64,000 nt of DNA from Pocillopora damicornis (taxonomy: Eukaryota), in the NCBI RefSeq assembly GCF_003704095.1, contig NW_020844538.1, positions 372,001-436,000 of the forward strand, written 5' to 3'. The position numbers were made by a program, and so were the translations under genes. Within the stretch, counting starts at the first letter, position 1, and the number at the start of each line of letters is the position of its first letter. Under the pieces are notes generated by a model. That model did no database searches. It was not told the origin of the DNA and saw only the letters and a list, made by a program, of their open reading frames with translations. Positions 12,766 to 25,473 of the stretch are shown here, piece by piece.

Positions 12766-15700
12766 ATGAAAGCTGTGCAACTGTCTGTCATATACCTTTC
12801 CATTTTCATAAGCGTTTACTGGAACTATGGTGAGTGGTTACTTTGAAACAAACTGTCATTGTGGTCCAAGACTACAAAGCCGTAACATAAACTCAGCCTC
12901 AGGATGAACGTTATTTGCATGGTGCCTATTACACTTTAATTTTCCCTTATAAGAACTAGAAGTTTAAAACGAGAAATATCCAGGGCCGGGTTGCTCAACA
13001 CACAATTAACCTAACCAGGGGTTAATGTAAATTTTTAACTTAGTTTATAATTGTGCAAAGGGAATTTATTATTTTTAATTTTGTCCCGTTAGTTTCGAGT
13101 GATATTGAGATACGAACTAACAAAACGTTAACTATCATATGCGCTCTAAGCCAAGGTTGCCTCTAAATCCTATAATAACGTTAGCCCCCTTTTCGAACCC
13201 GGCCCAGTTGTTCAGTTACTCACTACGTATTGGAAGATCTCATGCTATAAAAACTGGAAAAAATGAAGAAAATGAAAACCTAGTGTAAATACTGTGTAAA
13301 TTTGTAAAATTCACATGGGGTAGAAGGAAAACAATTATGTTCAGAGGAAGATTGGCTCTCGGGAAAAACCGAGAACCAAATCCAGTTGACAGCATAGTGG
13401 AGAAGTTTGAATGGAAAAAGGTTCATATACGTAATCGTAAGTTCTTAATATGTTCTTCTCTTGATAAAGTCCAAACAACAAAGCGAGGCTCAGTGAAGGG
13501 TACTAAAAAGGACCAGTTCACCATAACAGGAAATGGAACAACTAAAGGAGGTAAAATGAAGATATTCGTTCACGTGCAGACTACTGGCAAAAATCCAAAT
13601 AAAGCAGTGCCAGGTAAAAAACAAGGGAAGGAAGCTCCCAATGTAAAACTTGGTCAGTCTGGTGAAACTCCGAGTCCATCACCTACAACGACACCACCGA
13701 TGTCTACTCAGGTCACATCCGCATCACCAAAACCCAAGAAAGGGAAACACTTTCAAGTCACACCGAAACCACCAATCAGTGGCAAAATCCAAAGCCTGAA
13801 ACCCAGCCAAAGTAAGAAACTCGCACCAAGTCAGAGTATGAAAAAACATAGTGAAATAAAATCGGTATCAAGTTCAGTAAATAATGCAGCGAGCTCCACT
13901 GTGGACTCTGCTAAAGTCACACCAACACCCTCTCCGAATCTTAAGTCCTCTTTAACGACCAGTACTGGTGTCCTTCCCTCTCCTAACTCTGCAATGTCCA
14001 CGCCTTCGCCTCAGTCCAGCGGAGCGGTGCCGGTGCAGAGCAAGCAAGCAGCTACAAGTGGCTTACCCGGATCCTCATCGCAACCTACAAACAAGCAAAC
14101 TAAAACTAGTCGGTCATCGGCATCTTCACCGCTACCTGATAAATCTTCGAGTCACGTCTCAGTGCAGCCAAGTGCTACAAAAAGTGTAGCTATTCAATCT
14201 TCATCTATGTCCACTTTAGCTCCTTCTTTATCTGTACCATCAGCTGTAATCTCTTCAACTCCTCTTTCCATTACCCCAAGTGCGTCAAAAACAGTAGTTA
14301 ATCCAGCTTCATCTCCCGCTAGTCTTGGTCCTTCCTCGACACTGCCACCTCCAGTTAAATCTCCTGGTGCAGGCACATCAAGCGCTGCAGTTACCCAGAC
14401 ATCCTCTCTCCTTGGGTCCAGTCCTTTCTCCTCTCCTGGATCAACCATTTCACCATCAAAGTCTTCCCTAACAAACACAGTAGCTACGAAAAACCCAACA
14501 ACTTCTCCTGATTTTACATGTAAGTGATTTATTTCCTCGCAATTTTTTTTAACCTTTAAAATCTGTCAGTTTATATATCTGCGCGCATGCACTCCTCAGC
14601 ATACGAACAGCAACCGTTCAATGCCAGTTAAATTACAAAGAAACCTTGGTGAATCTGAATCCTGTCACTAGAAATCTTAGATATCGTGAAAAGGTGTACC
14701 AGAAATAATTGTGTGGTTTGATATACTGACCACCAATACTGAGATCGAGCGACTTGAACAAAACCTTTTGATGATCTCGCAAGCTGACTTTAACATCGCT
14801 ATGTTTCTTTGTAACGCCACGAGGGATACCATAGCACGTTCCCCAAAGAGAGCTACACTAACATCAAGGAATGCATGTGGAACATCTTTTCCCTTAATTT
14901 GTCAATAGGTGTTCAAACCATTCGAGAAGTGACATCATCATACACTTGAGTCATGACTAACTACATAATACAAATATTTAGCCAAGCCTAAGACTGTAGC
15001 TCAAGTTGGTAATAGCCCTCTACTTTGTTGAAACTCTCAGCAAGCTCTAGAAGAGTTTATTGACAACAATTGAGGGACCAGTAATTTTATTAGTTGGGAA
15101 GGGGATGGGGAGAAAATTATTAGCGAGGGGTTTGTTTTTGATGTTATAATTGTTTTACGTTCGTTCAATACCTGAAGTCTTGAACTGATCCTTTCTCACA
15201 GTTTCCCGAGACGAGCATATAGCCCTGGATGAACACAACTTCTTCCGAAACTTACATAAATCGGTTCCACTCAGTCTTAACAAAGATATGGTATTGGAGG
15301 CACGCAAGTTCGCCAAAAAGATATCTGTAACTGGAAATCTCACACATGAATCGCCTGATAAACTGAAGCAAATAGGTCAAGGAGAAAATCTTGGATTGGT
15401 ATGTTCTAAGGTTGAACTCTCAGCTGCGCGGGTTGTAAGGAAAGTCATAGACACATGGTAAGGTTTACACAAATAAAGATACCCTACAGGGATTCTGTTA
15501 TTGTACTTTATCGAAAATCGCTGAATTTACATATGCACCGTGATGGTGCAAGATAGTAAGGTATCAAAAAAGCACTTTGATAATCCCTAGACGCACTGCT
15601 CACTCACACGGCGTACAAAAAAGATTTTCAAGGATGAATTGGCAACCTCCGTTTGACGTTCGTTGAAGACATATCCAGGGGTGAAAAGCGGTTTTCAAGA

Positions 15701-16178
15701 AATTGGGGTCTTTCACAAACATGTCTCATTTTCGCGACAAATTCAAGACGTTTAAACCATGATAAGGGGTCTGCATGTGAGGAATTACACAATAGAAAAT
15801 TCAATTCAAAGAGCATTTACAGGTCCGAACAGGTATCTACTAGGAAAGAGCAACTCGATTTTATTTCTGATTTCCTGCTCTTATTCCACTTGTAGGCACA
15901 GAGAGGCGTGTAAATATAACTTTCAAGATCCTGACCCGATGTCAAAAAAAGCAGCCCATTTCACGCAGCTTGTGTGGGGTGCTTCCAAACAACTCGGCGT
16001 CGGTGTTGCTGCGGCAAAAAATGCGGAAAAAAACTGCATCTACGTTGTTGCTCGTTACAAGCCTATGGAAGCCTTAAAGACCAAAGAGCAGCTTAAGACT
16101 AATGTTAAAAAAGGATTATTTGATGCTTCAATAGACTGTGCCGCTACCTCAAAGAAAAAGTTTTTTATCGCTGTTTAA
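12766..16178 (+). CDS. Secreted CAP gene 4 with ~350-aa Lys- then Ser/Pro/Thr-rich stalk; exons 12766-12829, 13470-14519, 15202-15457, 15896-16178
   Basis: Signal exon MKAVQLSVIYLSIFISVYWNY followed by gtgagt. Motifs HNFFRNLH, LTH, GENLG, WHREAC, AHFTQLVWG, CIYVVARY. Phases 1,1,2. Confidence 0.88.
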
Positions 16179-17944
16179 AATCATTGATTCTTTTCCGCTT
16201 GGTCGCCGAACCTTACTCGTTAATTGGAGGGTAGTGTTAAAAAAACGCGTCAGTCAAAAGCATAGTGTAAGAAGAATAAACCGTAAAATTCTAACTAATG
16301 ACTTTTTGTTGGTTATTGTAACATCAAAAGAAATGTGAAGTACCGCTCCTAATTAAGCATCGCTCTAAATTTCTTGAATTGCTATCGAATTTCAAAGATT
16401 CGTACTCTTAAATAGCAATGTTGATATTCATAAGGGTTCAGATCCCCTTTAAATTTATCTACAATTAGTGAGTGTCAAATACTTGTCAAAGTAACAAATT
16501 CTGTGAATTGGAGCGAAAATTAACAAGCAATGATTTATATTAACAGTATTCACAACAGGTTCTACTGGCTATGGTTTTCTCAAAGCTCTTAACTGGTCAG
16601 GGAATGTCAAATACTTTATTGCGGCTCAGTGGTTCACAAAGGCCCAGTACGTAGAGCAGGCAACCGTCAGTTTTATATTGTCTTTTCATGGTAAAGCGAT
16701 GTAGATTGTCGAGTGGCTATAAAAGTTAATAAAATAAATGAGGAGATGATGAAATATGCAGAGCAGATCACTAGGGTAATGAATGAAGTTTTTGGCTCAC
16801 AAATGATGATTAAAAGCTGTAACTATTTTTTGCTTTGCCCGCAGTGATCTTTAAATATAAACAAGCTAGGCAACCCATCGTGATTCGCTCGCAGCACCTA
16901 CGAAATACGACATTTTAAAGTTAAGTGTAGTTATCATTTTGAAACTTCGACTTTCTTGTAGAAGCTTGCTGAAATTTTCTCCGTCCACAATCAACTGTTC
17001 TATTTATGTCAATTGCCAACGAAGGTTTTTCTTTGTTTTGTGTTTATCCCAAAATATCACATTCCTTTTTTCGTTTTAAATTCTTTCACCCCCACCAATA
17101 AATTAATTATAATGAGTAGAAGTTACCGGGCATAACTTCAAGGTTTGTGGACGGCTGAGTAGTGAACCTCGACTTCACTCCTCAAGGTGGCCGGTCTAAG
17201 ATATAAAGTTGGGAGACCAGAAATGACGATGATTGAATTTCACCTTTGAATACCTTCACCTGCTGATATTGGTGGCACAATGTCGGATGGGCGTGACTAC
17301 TAAAAAACTTTACGACTGTTAGAAAAAGAGACAAACATGACATCATGGTAATCACCAACACACCGAGAACTATGTTCGGTTTATATACGTTGGGTAGTTA
17401 ATTGGTGCCGTTAGAGTGGTGTCCCCATAGACATCGTTTATATAAAGGTTAGTCGAATTTTCTTCGAGTAAACGAAAGTGACAATTTTAATTTATTATTT
17501 ATTTGATACTATTTACAAATACTTATTTCTTTCGTAACCTTGACTCAAATAGAAAATTTGTTTGGATTCGGAGGGGAGTTAAAGGCATCATTATTTCCTC
17601 AGCCTTCAGAGCGTCGCTTCAGAAAATACAAGTGCACAAGCCCCCAAAATAGAACCACTTTTTGTTGAAGTATTTTACCGTTTCAATAACATGTTAAATC
17701 AGAATAAATTATATACTTTTCCCAATCCAAGACTAGAGGAACTGAGAGAATGAAACATTGTATTTTGATTGTTGAAGTTTATAATGACGTTCCGTAGAAT
17801 TGCAAGAAAGCTGTCTTTCATGGGTGGATCTTAGAGCAAATATCATGAAAACGAGGAACGGTGGTTTATTGTCACAAATTAATTTTGAGTCAGACTCATT
17901 TTTTTATTCTTTTTTTTCTTCGAACGCAAAGGAGGAATCACTGG

Positions 17945-20900
17945 ATGCACGTTCTAGTAAGAATTTGGGTCAGCATGGGTGTATTCACGTTCCACCACAC
18001 AATGTGGGCATGTATTTTGCACTGTTTCGTGGTTACACTGGGTAGCACAATTTCCGCTACAACAGGTAAATAGAATGATATCGCGGTAGAAGCTATGAAC
18101 TAATAATTTCTTGCTTAAGATGCCCTTCCACAATCCTGTCCGTAAGATGTAATATCTTCATCGCATACCAAAGTATCCTGACGAATTTGCAAGAAAATTC
18201 ATAGCAACTAGAAGGGAAATTACACTACCCGTACTGCACAATTATAAATTTCATTCATCTCTTCAGCTACGGCCTCTGGATTATCTCTGAGAGATTTTGA
18301 CAAGGTGGATAAATTTGTCCCGGAATCGATATCAGGAAAACAAAGGATGACAATACCGCATTTTTTACAAAAGTTTAACGGAGATTATTCACTGAGTTCT
18401 GCTTTGAGATTGCCGTTAAAGCACAGGATAATTTCACAGAAGTCAAACGCTTCGAAAACACAGTTGCATCATCCTTCAGGTAAGAATTCATTGCCTTTCT
18501 ACAAGGTGAAGCAAGAAGTTAACGGCAGGTTACAAAATGGGTATGACAATAAGCAAATGCAAGACCTTGGACACCAGAGAGGAAGGAATGGCTATAATAA
18601 TACCAGTAACACCCACAAAGCACTTGAAATGGTAGGACCACCTCTTACCCTCAATGCTCAATTGAAAGGGCGCAATACACCTCACAATGGTAGGATGGGG
18701 GAGTTGTTTCACTCATCAAAAGGTCCTGTTATACCAACCGCAAGGGTTGTGGGAAGAAAACCAAAGAAAGACAGTCCTCTCACGAATTACAGCAACAAAA
18801 GATTGCCTCTCACAAAGCAATTGAAGGACGCATCAGCTCTAAGAGAGAAGACGCCTTTAGACGAAGAAATAATCGTGATGGGAGCGCCATTAATATTCTC
18901 TAGAGGAAATAAAAATGTTCTCACCATCTCAAAACATACGGAAGGAAATGCAAGTAACATTTTTCGGAATAGAACTACTTCCTTTCATCAGAAAGCTTAT
19001 ACCCCTCAGAAAATTCAAAGAGTGAATAAGACAAATACGTCTCTGAATCAGTTGGCTTTGCATACCAATACGACACTTAGAAATGACAAGGAGAGTAGTT
19101 TAGCAATGAGTCCTAAAAACATCCAAAATCACACCCCTTCTGCTGGGAGTTTCCACAAACAAGAAAATAATAAAATGGAAAATCTCTTGAGACACAACCG
19201 AAATAAAACTTCAAATCAAAGCGGAAGTCATAAAGAAACATTTGGAAATAGAACAGTAGCAATCGCAGGTAATTTTCTTCCTAATAACGTAAGTTTAAAG
19301 CATCTTGACTCGGCTTACTTTGACAAACAAACATATTCTAAAAGTGGGAATCAACTCCAGAGCATAGAACAGAAACAAACAGACTTTAACTATGAGACTG
19401 AACAGGGCTCTAATGCTATTATTAAAGAAGAAAGCCTTGGTAATAATACTTCTGGTCACCAAGAATACAACGCAAAAGAAAATCACGGCAGTGAAGAAAC
19501 CAACTCCATATCCACAGATAAGGTTGGTTACGGACAAGAAAACCTTCCACCTTTTCCTGAAGAAAATCCTGAGGAAGGAGAAGCGGATGGTCAGTTTCAA
19601 GGTAAAGCGATAACCCCAGCTTCAAACCAGAGGTACATGCCAGTTGATGACTTTGGATCCCCTTTTTATGGAAACGAGACAGGTAATTAAAAGCGTCTTT
19701 TGAAGTTTGACTAGGAATCTTGATACTTATATAGACTACTAATAGCTAACGGGAGTACACTTGTAAACTTAAAGGCAGGATTATTATTCATCAGAGCCTT
19801 TAATCATAATTACCTCATATTTCCAATATGATACGTAGCTGTTTTAAGATCAAATTATATTTCACGTCTGTTTCCGCTACTTTGCTTAGTTTGCGTTCAA
19901 AATTAGTCGCCATTGTGAAATGGAACGTCCGTTGACCTTCATTTCACAGACGAGTACTTTCAGCGAGACGCCCTTGCCGCTCACAACAGGTATCGAGCCT
20001 TACACAATGCTCCTCCTCTGCAACTAAGCCAAGAGCTGTCCGCGGAGGCTGAAAAGTTTGCCAAAAAACTAGCTAGAATGGGTGTTGCGCAGCATGAACT
20101 AAACCGTAACCTTCGGAAGGAGAGTGAAGGTGATAATGTGGCAAGAGGATGCAGCGAGTGGGGAGGATTGACATCTGCTGGAGCTGTCCATAGATGGTGA
20201 GTGTGTGCATCTCATTGCGCATGCGTAAAGTTGCACAAGTAGACCGGCTGAAAAGTCTTTTCTGATTTCCTAAATATTTTTTGGGGCCTAAAAACATACA
20301 GTATACTTTTGCATACGTTTATTTGTTGAAGAGAATCCTTTACTTTGAAAAGGGTCGGAAAAATAATTAACTTTTCTTAGCGTTTCACTAAGTATCGCCG
20401 GATATTCTGGAATGTTAAGCAGGCTTTCAATTCAAGCAAGCACCATGAAACGTAGTTCAAACAACCTCTATGTTACTCAAATGTTTTTAAAAAAATTAAC
20501 TTCAGGTATAGCCAAGTCTGTTATTTTAACTGGAGCAAGAGCGCCATTCAACCCGAAGCCAAGAATTTCATGCAGTTAATATGGAAAGGAACCAGTCACA
20601 TGGGAATAGGAAGGGCATTTGGCAAACGCCGTGGCCTACCCTGCACTTTCATCGTAGCACGCTACAGACCTGGTGTGATGAATGCATTCGAAATGGACAG
20701 TAACGTAGATAAGGGTTCATTCCTGTCTTCATATTGTAATGCGGATAAGGACGAAGGCTTAATGTCAACAGGATATCCAAGTACATTTTTCCAGGAGGGA
20801 GCTACTAAACAAGATAACCAACCATTTCCTGAAGCTCAACCTCTTGGTAGTTTCCAATACACCGCAGTTCCTCCAAGTAGCGTATCGTTCGTCCCTCTGG

Positions 20901-21175
20901 GTCCATGGGAAAAAATTATGGATACACAAGATGTGCGAGACTTATCGCGGGTACAACCCAACACCAAGACACTTTACAGTTTGTCACCTCGTGTAAATTT
21001 ACCAGAAGCTACCCTTGACGACGATATGGACAATGAGGATGATGCCTCGATCACGGGAGATGATGATGACTGGAGGAGGACATATAAGTCACCCACGGAT
21101 AATGATGACATAGTCATTGATGCAAAGAAGTCTACAATAAAGAAGACAGAAAAAACCTCTCGAAGAAAGGAATGA
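17945..21175 (+). CDS. Divergent secreted CAP gene 5 with ~470-aa Asn/Lys/Ser-rich N-terminal region and acidic C-terminal extension; exons 17945 (or 17975/18002)-18065, 18267-19682, 19950-20196, 20506-21175
   Basis: Hydrophobic leader MWACILHCFVVTLGSTISATT. Motifs HNRYRALH, AQH, GDNV, WYSQVC, NFMQLIWK, CTFIVARY. The start codon choice is uncertain. Confidence 0.85.
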
Positions 21176-21204
21176 ACATTAAAGGCAAAGACAGTTTAAT
21201 ATAC

Positions 21205-21672
21205 ACTAAATGTATGGTCCCAAGGGAAACAGTTTTTGTTTCGAGGGAAAACAAAACTAACTAGTTTCCCGCGGGATCATACATTAAGTGCTTTGTTATA
21301 TATTTAGACTTTCCCTCAAACAATCATATGGCAAAAACAAACAAACAAAAACCGCACAACTTCTTTACTAACAATCGTCAATCCTGCTGAATGAATAAGT
21401 CCTAACTTAACTTCAAATGTTTCGAAGTACATGGAAAAGTAAAACATGCTTTTTATAACCTCAATAAGGAATACAAAATCATTTGGAATTGTAACAATTG
21501 AAGGTAACATTTGCTCCAGAATAAACTTTAATATTGTTTTATTCGGCGCGCGGGCAACAACTGCGCAATTGTATCCCGGTCGGGATCTATTTGAAGTTGA
21601 TCAGTAGCACGTGACCAAGAATCAACCAATCACCGTGCTCGTTTTGTTGGGGAAAGTCTAGGTATATAACAA
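21205..21672. mobile_element. Composite palindromic non-autonomous element (hairpin followed by TIR-bounded segment)
   Basis: Hairpin cactaaatgtatggtccc...gggatcatacattaagtg (21205-21290), then inverted repeats ttgttatatatttagactttccc ... gggaaagtctaggtatataacaa (21293-21672). Confidence 0.6.
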
Positions 21673-22039
21673 CAACAATTATGACCGTACTGGAGCCCTT
21701 ATGATCACGTGGTTAGCTAGGCGTCAAAACATTCTAAATTTGTTCACAAGTGATCTCTTAAATCATCACTAAGATTTTATTCTTTTGCTAGGCATAATAT
21801 TCAAGGAGCAAACTTTCGCCATGGGCCAAATTTGATTCCAAACCTATACGACAGAAACTTTCAACTCCCTCAAAGGAATCCTATCAAAACCTTTATATTA
21901 CTTACCTCTGAGGTTATAGCGGCAGGCTGTAGACTACATTGTACGTTAACATGCTCTAAATTAAATAAGTGAAAGAAACTGTGGTTCTGCGTTGGTGGGG
22001 TGTATTATTAGATAATTTTGTTTTACTGAGTCAATCAGT

Positions 22040-22138
22040 ATGTGAATGAAAGTGATCCTCGCAGTAATGCACACTACTTGAGCAGTAGTGAAAATGAGGC
22101 CTTATAAAAATTCAAGCCTGTACGGAATTTGAACCCAT
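22040..22138 (-). mobile_element. Probable tRNA-derived SINE fragment, truncated by gap
   Basis: Minus strand reads ATGGGTTCAAATTCCGTACAGGC (Pol III box-B-like), followed by a non-tRNA tail. Confidence 0.45.
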
Positions 22139-22821
22139 NNNNNNNNNNNNNNNNNNNNNNNNNNNNNNNNNNNNNNNNNNNNNNNNNNNNNNNNNNNNNN
22201 NNNNNNNNNNNNNNNNNNNNNNNNNNNNNNNNNNNNNNCTACTTAACGTGTACTTCATCCAGAGACGAGAAAGCAGCCCATAGTTTGGGTCCTTTACTCG
22301 CAATTATAGTGAGGGCCTCTTTTCAAGATGAAGAACAAAAGATGTTAATTAAATGTAAACGTATGCCAATATGTGTAAAAGAAAATATGAGCTTTACTTA
22401 TCATTTGACCATGAAATGCTTTCATTAGCCTTCTCGATCTCATATGATCAAACTAAAAGTAAAGCCTTTTTCTAACATACCAACTTCTTTTTAAAAACAT
22501 GTTCGATGAGCGAGAATAAGGATGAGGGAGAATTTAGAGCTCTACATTAGAATAACGAAACAAAAATTTTTTCATTTGTATGGGACACAGAAATAATCTG
22601 AAGAGGAATCGATTTCAAGAACTTCGTTTTCTGCGCTCAGATGCTTTGTCAGTGACCTACATAGACCTCTGTCGTGAATCAGGCCCACCGCTAGATTCAT
22701 GTTTGACACAAGTCCTGAATACTGAACACTAAGTCATTCAAAATTTTACTCAAAGTGCAGTCGATACTGCTGCTCTGATGTAAATTAGCACTTCTGTTTG
22801 ACAGTAAATCTATGTTTGCAG

Positions 22822-25473
22822 CATCACTGGGGTATGGAAACATGAAAATCGAAGGAACTGGAAAAATAAGTCCTGATCAGACATCCATGGATATACACTT
22901 TGAAATAGCAAACGTCAAGAAGACCCAGCTATCAACACCAACAAGCTTTGGCATGAAGCCAGCACCTTTGCCAATTGCGGTACAACCTGACGCACGTGCC
23001 ACGAAGCCATACTCGTTTAAAGACAAGTGGTATCAAACAGACAAACCGTCTTTTGGGATAGAAACAGGTAAAAGCTGTCCTTTTAAGTGGCCTCCTTGGT
23101 CTCTTTTTGCCATAGCTAAGGTGGAAGGGACGGCTGCGCAGGCTAAGAAAATACTGTCCCTTGCAACTTCCCGCGAACGCATAGGTAAAAAACGCGTTTT
23201 GAGGTATAATCAATTTAAAACTCTAAGGGCCGCTTATTTACACAAGGTCTAACCCAAACCGCGGTTTTACGCTAGTAGTGGGCCTCAGGGATCTCTATAA
23301 GAGGGTTGATTTAATTGACCAAATGTTGTTCCACTATCAACTTTCAGTCCTCTTGACAGTGTTCACAAAAATAAATGCTCTGAAATACGCGAGCCTCGTA
23401 TCCGCCCTCAGTTATATGTCATCAGTTTCCTGTTCGTTTACTATTATGCTTTCCTTATACTGTCAGGTGTAACATTTACGTTCTAGCAATTGCTATCGGT
23501 ACCAGTTACATCTCACGTTATATTCTGGATATTTTCCTCTCGTTTCCCTTTCATATTACACGCAGATAGAGAATTTCTGAAGTCAGCACTGGAGTCTCAT
23601 AACAGATTTCGAGCAATCCATAACTCGCCCCCTCTTAGAATCAACATGAAGATGTCAAGGGAAGCTGAACAATTTGCAAAGAAACTTTTACAAAGGGGTG
23701 CAAAGAACCAACCAATGATGCACGAGGACGTTCTTGTCCTGCGCAAGGAAGATGAAGGAGAGAATTTAGCATCAGGAGGAAGCGGCTTGGGTGGACTGAC
23801 TGCGTATGGCGCAGTAAAAAATTGGTGAGCCATGCAATTTCTAGATGGCTCAATCATTAAGGACTGCAATGGCTTTCAGCGAGAAAAAAACTTCTATTAT
23901 CGTAACCAGTAGGTTTAGCACGTTACTATGCCTGAGATCCGTCTCGGGTTCTCTTTATTGTTCAAAACTTATAGGGCCAGAATTCACCGTGGCCACAAGT
24001 CGGTTTTCGGAACAAGTACATGGAAAAGAAGGTTATTTGATATTTTCAACTGAGCTGATCGTGTAAATTGGCCACTGTTAGGACTTTACAAACTGATATT
24101 TCGAGCGAGCCCTTCTTCATTTGCTCTGATGAAGGGCTAACCCTCAAAACGTCAGCATGTAAACACTTAACGATGGCCAATTTATGCTCTTAACTCAGTT
24201 GATAATACTAAATTACCTTGTTATACTCTCCCACCGACGCATTACCATAGTTTCTTTGGATAGTTAATCAGAATGAATTCCACAAGAGATCAACTGTTTC
24301 TGGTATCTTTAAGTGACACAGGTGCAAATGACAAAAATGAGGAAATTTCGATCTGTTGATGAGTACCATAAATCTTGAGCCAGTACCAGAAAAAAAATAC
24401 CTATGCCCTCTTTAAGATAATGCTACTATAAACACATGTATATGTAACAGTTTCTGAATCGAGAAATGTTTTAGTTGACCCACTGGATCGGAGATGGAGA
24501 TTTTTTCAGAAGTAACCAAGCTTTGAGAATCGAATGATGTTGAAAATACTGATACTAATACTTTAAGTGTTCTTGAAACTCTTATTTTCATGATACAGAA
24601 TAGATTTGTGAATTACGACAGAAATGATGTGTAGAAAAAAAGCTCAACATGGTTAATTTCACAAACTTTGTCTTTTAAAGGTACAACGAGGTTTGCACTT
24701 ACAACTGGGGCAAAGGCGGTTATGAGCCACAAGCTGCTCACTTCATGCAAGTCGTTTGGAAAAATAGCACAGAATTTGGAATCGGAAAAGCGGAAGGACG
24801 GAGAAATGGTCGACGTTACACCTACATAGTGGCGCGTTACAAGCCAGCCATCAGATACGACACTATGGAAAACGTGCTGAAGGGCAAGTTTAATCCATCC
24901 TATTGTAAACCGAAGCCTACCTTTTCACTGTCAGATAGAAATCAAAGCAGGCCTAGATCAAAAGTGCGACCAATCTTTGTGGCTCGTTTTCCAAAACAAC
25001 CCGTTCATGCTCACAAGAAGCCAGCGATTTTACATAAATCATATTCCTTGAATAGGAGCAGGATTAATCAAAAGGAAATGGTAAACCGGTCGGCAGGTTC
25101 GTATGACTCAAACAATGCCAAGTACAATGAGAGATACTTAAAGGCTGTAGGCAAAGCAACTCACTACGCGCAAGGTCATCTGAACGATAAACTAAGCTAT
25201 TACGCCGGAAACTCCTGGAGCGCAAACACCGAAAACCGATCGTCTACGACAGCGTCCGAGTATTTCCCGAAGCAAGCCGAAGTTCTAGAGGAGTTCTTCG
25301 AGGGAGACGATCCAGATAAAGAAAAATATTATCAAGGAAATGGAAAATATGGAACTGTAGAAAGCATGAGGCATAGTCTCATACCCGTTATGAACAGTGA
25401 GGATGCCGAGATTGACGATGACCCATCCGAAGAAGAACAATCAGCAAAAAGGCTGCCACCAAAACAATCTTAG
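22822..25473 (+). CDS. CAP gene 6 with long basic-then-acidic C-terminal extension; exons 22822-23067, 23566-23824, 24681-25473 (signal exon not located)
   Basis: Hairpin NMKIEGTGKISPDQTSMDIHFEI. Motifs HNRFRAIH, MMH, GENLA, WYNEVC, AHFMQVVWK, YIVARY. Phases 1,2. Confidence 0.85.
24062..24260. mobile_element. Penelope-like element terminal fragment in a head-to-head inverted arrangement
   Basis: ctctgatgaagggctaaccctcaaaacgtcagc...ggccaattta...tactctcccaccgacgc, preceded by its own inverted copy (aaattggccactgtta...agcccttcttca). The same family occurs at 27950-28100, 34612-34740(-), 37836-37990 and 42620-42780(-). Confidence 0.7.

Noticed and set aside
22240-22315. Signal-peptide exon for gene 6
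   Set aside because: No ATG-initiated hydrophobic frame ending at a phase-1 donor was found; the exon may lie in the adjacent gap or elsewhere.
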